Assembly: GCA_003151795.1 (NCBI GenBank)
Contig: PLYL01000008.1
Coordinates: 3,103-67,102, forward strand
Length of the DNA stretch: 64,000 nucleotides
Reading direction: 5' to 3'
From: Candidatus Yanofskybacteria bacterium
GTDB taxonomy: Bacteria; Patescibacteriota; Minisyncoccia; 2-02-FULL-40-12; GWA2-44-9
Part shown: positions 62,857 through 64,000 of the stretch, in pieces
Numbering within the stretch: the stretch's first letter is position 1
Layout: every line of letters starts with the position of its first letter
The notes under the pieces: generated by a model
The model's input: only the letters and a program-made list of their open reading frames with translations
What the model was told of the DNA's origin: nothing
Database searches by the model: none
Position numbers and translations under genes: made by a program

Positions 62857-64000
62857 ATGAATATTAGAAATTTTTGTATCATCGCCCACATTGATCATGG
62901 AAAATCGACCCTCGCGGATCGATTTTTAGAATTGACGGGTACGGTCGAGAAGCGAAAGATGCACGAACAGTATTTGGATACCATGGATTTGGAGCGCGAG
63001 CGAGGTATTACTATTAAACTCCAGCCGGTGCGGATGAATTATCAATACAAAGACGAAGCCTACATGCTTAATCTGATTGACACTCCCGGGCATGTTGATT
63101 TTACTTATGAAGTTTCGCGGTCGTTGGCGGCCGTGGAAGGGGCGATACTTTTAGTGGACGCATCCAAAGGCGTCCAAGCCCAGACGCTCGCGAATTTACA
63201 CCTCGCCCAACAGCAGAAACTAGTAATTGTACCCGTGATAAATAAAATAGATTTGCCGAATGCCCGCACCCTGCAAGTCAAAGAAGAACTGGCATACTTA
63301 CTCGGTATTGAGCCGGAAGAGATTCTAGAAATATCCGCCAAAAGCGGGTTAGGCGTCGAAGAACTTCTTCAGCGCGTGATTGAAAAGGTACCTTCACCCT
63401 CCCAAATTTTGTCTGACAAAAATTGGGAGGGCAAGCCAACCACAACTTCAGCCGAAGTCGAATTGAAGGCGCTCATTTTTGATTCTTCTTTTGATACCTA
63501 TAAAGGCGTGATCGCGTATGTCCGCGTCTTCAGCGGTTCCTTAAAACAGAGCATGCCGATTAGCGCGTACGCGTCGCGGGCGAAGGCCGAAGTGCTTGAA
63601 GTCGGCTATTTTTCTCCCGGTTTGGTCGAATCAAAACTTTTGGGTCCGGGTGAAATCGGCTATATCGCGACAGGCCTAAAAGATCCAGGCCAGATTCGGG
63701 TCGGCGATACGATTACAGATCAGAATTACGAAGCAAGAAGTAAGAATCACGAATTTAAACCTCTGGCGGGCTACAAAGAACCTCGGCCGATGGTGTTCGC
63801 CAGTTTCTTCCCCGTCGAAGGCGAAGCCTATGATCTGCTCAAAGACGCGCTGTCGAAGCTCAAGCTGACCGACGCCTCGCTGATTTATGAGCCGGAATCT
63901 TCCGCCGGACTGGGCCGGGGCTTTCGAGTTGGATTTTTGGGGATGCTGCACGTGGAAATTATATCCGAGCGGTTGCATCGGGAATTTAATTTGAATTTAA
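62857..64000 (+). CDS. lepA: elongation factor 4 (LepA), 3'-truncated by window edge
   Basis: IIAHIDHGKSTLADR G1, DTPGH G3, NKID G4; not in ORF track because no stop in window. Confidence 0.9.
   Translation, partial: MNIRNFCIIAHIDHGKSTLADRFLELTGTVEKRKMHEQYLDTMDLERERGITIKLQPVRMNYQYKDEAYMLNLIDTPGHVDFTYEVSRSLAAVEGAILLVDASKGVQAQTLANLHLAQQQKLVIVPVINKIDLPNARTLQVKEELAYLLGIEPEEILEISAKSGLGVEELLQRVIEKVPSPSQILSDKNWEGKPTTTSAEVELKALIFDSSFDTYKGVIAYVRVFSGSLKQSMPISAYASRAKAEVLEVGYFSPGLVESKLLGPGEIGYIATGLKDPGQIRVGDTITDQNYEARSKNHEFKPLAGYKEPRPMVFASFFPVEGEAYDLLKDALSKLKLTDASLIYEPESSAGLGRGFRVGFLGMLHVEIISERLHREFNLNL
63724..63756 (+). repeat. in-frame dispersed-repeat copy inside lepA (encodes NYEARSKNHEF)
   Basis: gaattacgaagcaagaagtaagaatcacgaattt. 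Confidence 0.45.

Noticed and set aside
63105-63978. Minus-strand ORFs 63105..63341 and 63676..63978
   Set aside because: Antisense to lepA, whose G-domain motifs are unambiguous; lepA is missing from the track only because it has no stop within the window.

Overview
This is a 64 kb chromosomal window from a small-genome bacterium that uses the standard genetic code (TGA is used as a stop codon). Its gene content and style fit a Candidate Phyla Radiation / Patescibacteria-like organism: an intein-containing gyrB, a DUF4012 envelope protein, giant Pro/Thr-rich surface proteins, many genes without Shine-Dalgarno sequences, and an expanded RNase P RNA. That lineage call is an inference from these features.

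**Housekeeping genes recognised from motifs:**
- gyrB (carrying a ~432-aa intein with an HNH core), secE-nusG-rplK, tmk-thyX-dcd, gatB, miaA, thrS, dnaE, rpmF-nusB-rnc, a plsY-like gene, rpsP, tsaC, parA-parB, topA, dprA, galT, tpiA-pgk, an RNase H-like gene, pheS, murJ and lepA (partial).
- A glycosyltransferase / sugar-transferase / DUF4012 envelope locus.

**RNA genes:** tRNA-Asp(GTC), tRNA-Leu(CAA) and an RNase P RNA (rnpB) with its own promoter and terminator.

**Accessory and unusual content:**
1. A candidate type II restriction-modification pair: a beta-class DNA methyltransferase convergent with a PD-(D/E)xK-like protein.
2. Three toxin-antitoxin-type modules:
   - a Panacea(DUF4065)-type antitoxin plus a HigB/RelE-like toxin immediately 3' of tRNA-Leu;
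   - hicB-hicA next to topA;
   - a solitary MazF/PemK-like toxin sitting between a duplicated murJ 5' fragment and intact murJ, preceded by a perfect 19-bp-arm palindrome.
3. A family of short AAGAATTA/AGGAATTA-type dispersed repeats. They occur as inverted-repeat pairs in intergenic regions and as single in-frame copies inside conserved genes (gatB twice, miaA, topA, the DUF4012 protein, lepA), in the manner of Rickettsia palindromic elements.
4. A 67-bp near-identical direct repeat, with a 7-bp palindrome, precisely preceding the start codons of nusG and rplK.
5. A ~45-nt diverged duplicate of the rnc 3' end, 1.4 kb downstream of rnc, bracketing the plsY-like gene.
6. An LmbE/PIG-L deacetylase plus GT4 glycosyltransferase pair, the same pairing as BshB/BshA and MshB/MshA.
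7. Tandem C39-like peptidases, a small hydrophobic ORF, an ABC transporter and an S8/S53 peptidase clustered together, possibly a peptide-processing and export locus.

No CRISPR array, cas genes, integrase or transposase were recognised. Several self-derived coordinates are approximate to within 1-2 nt.
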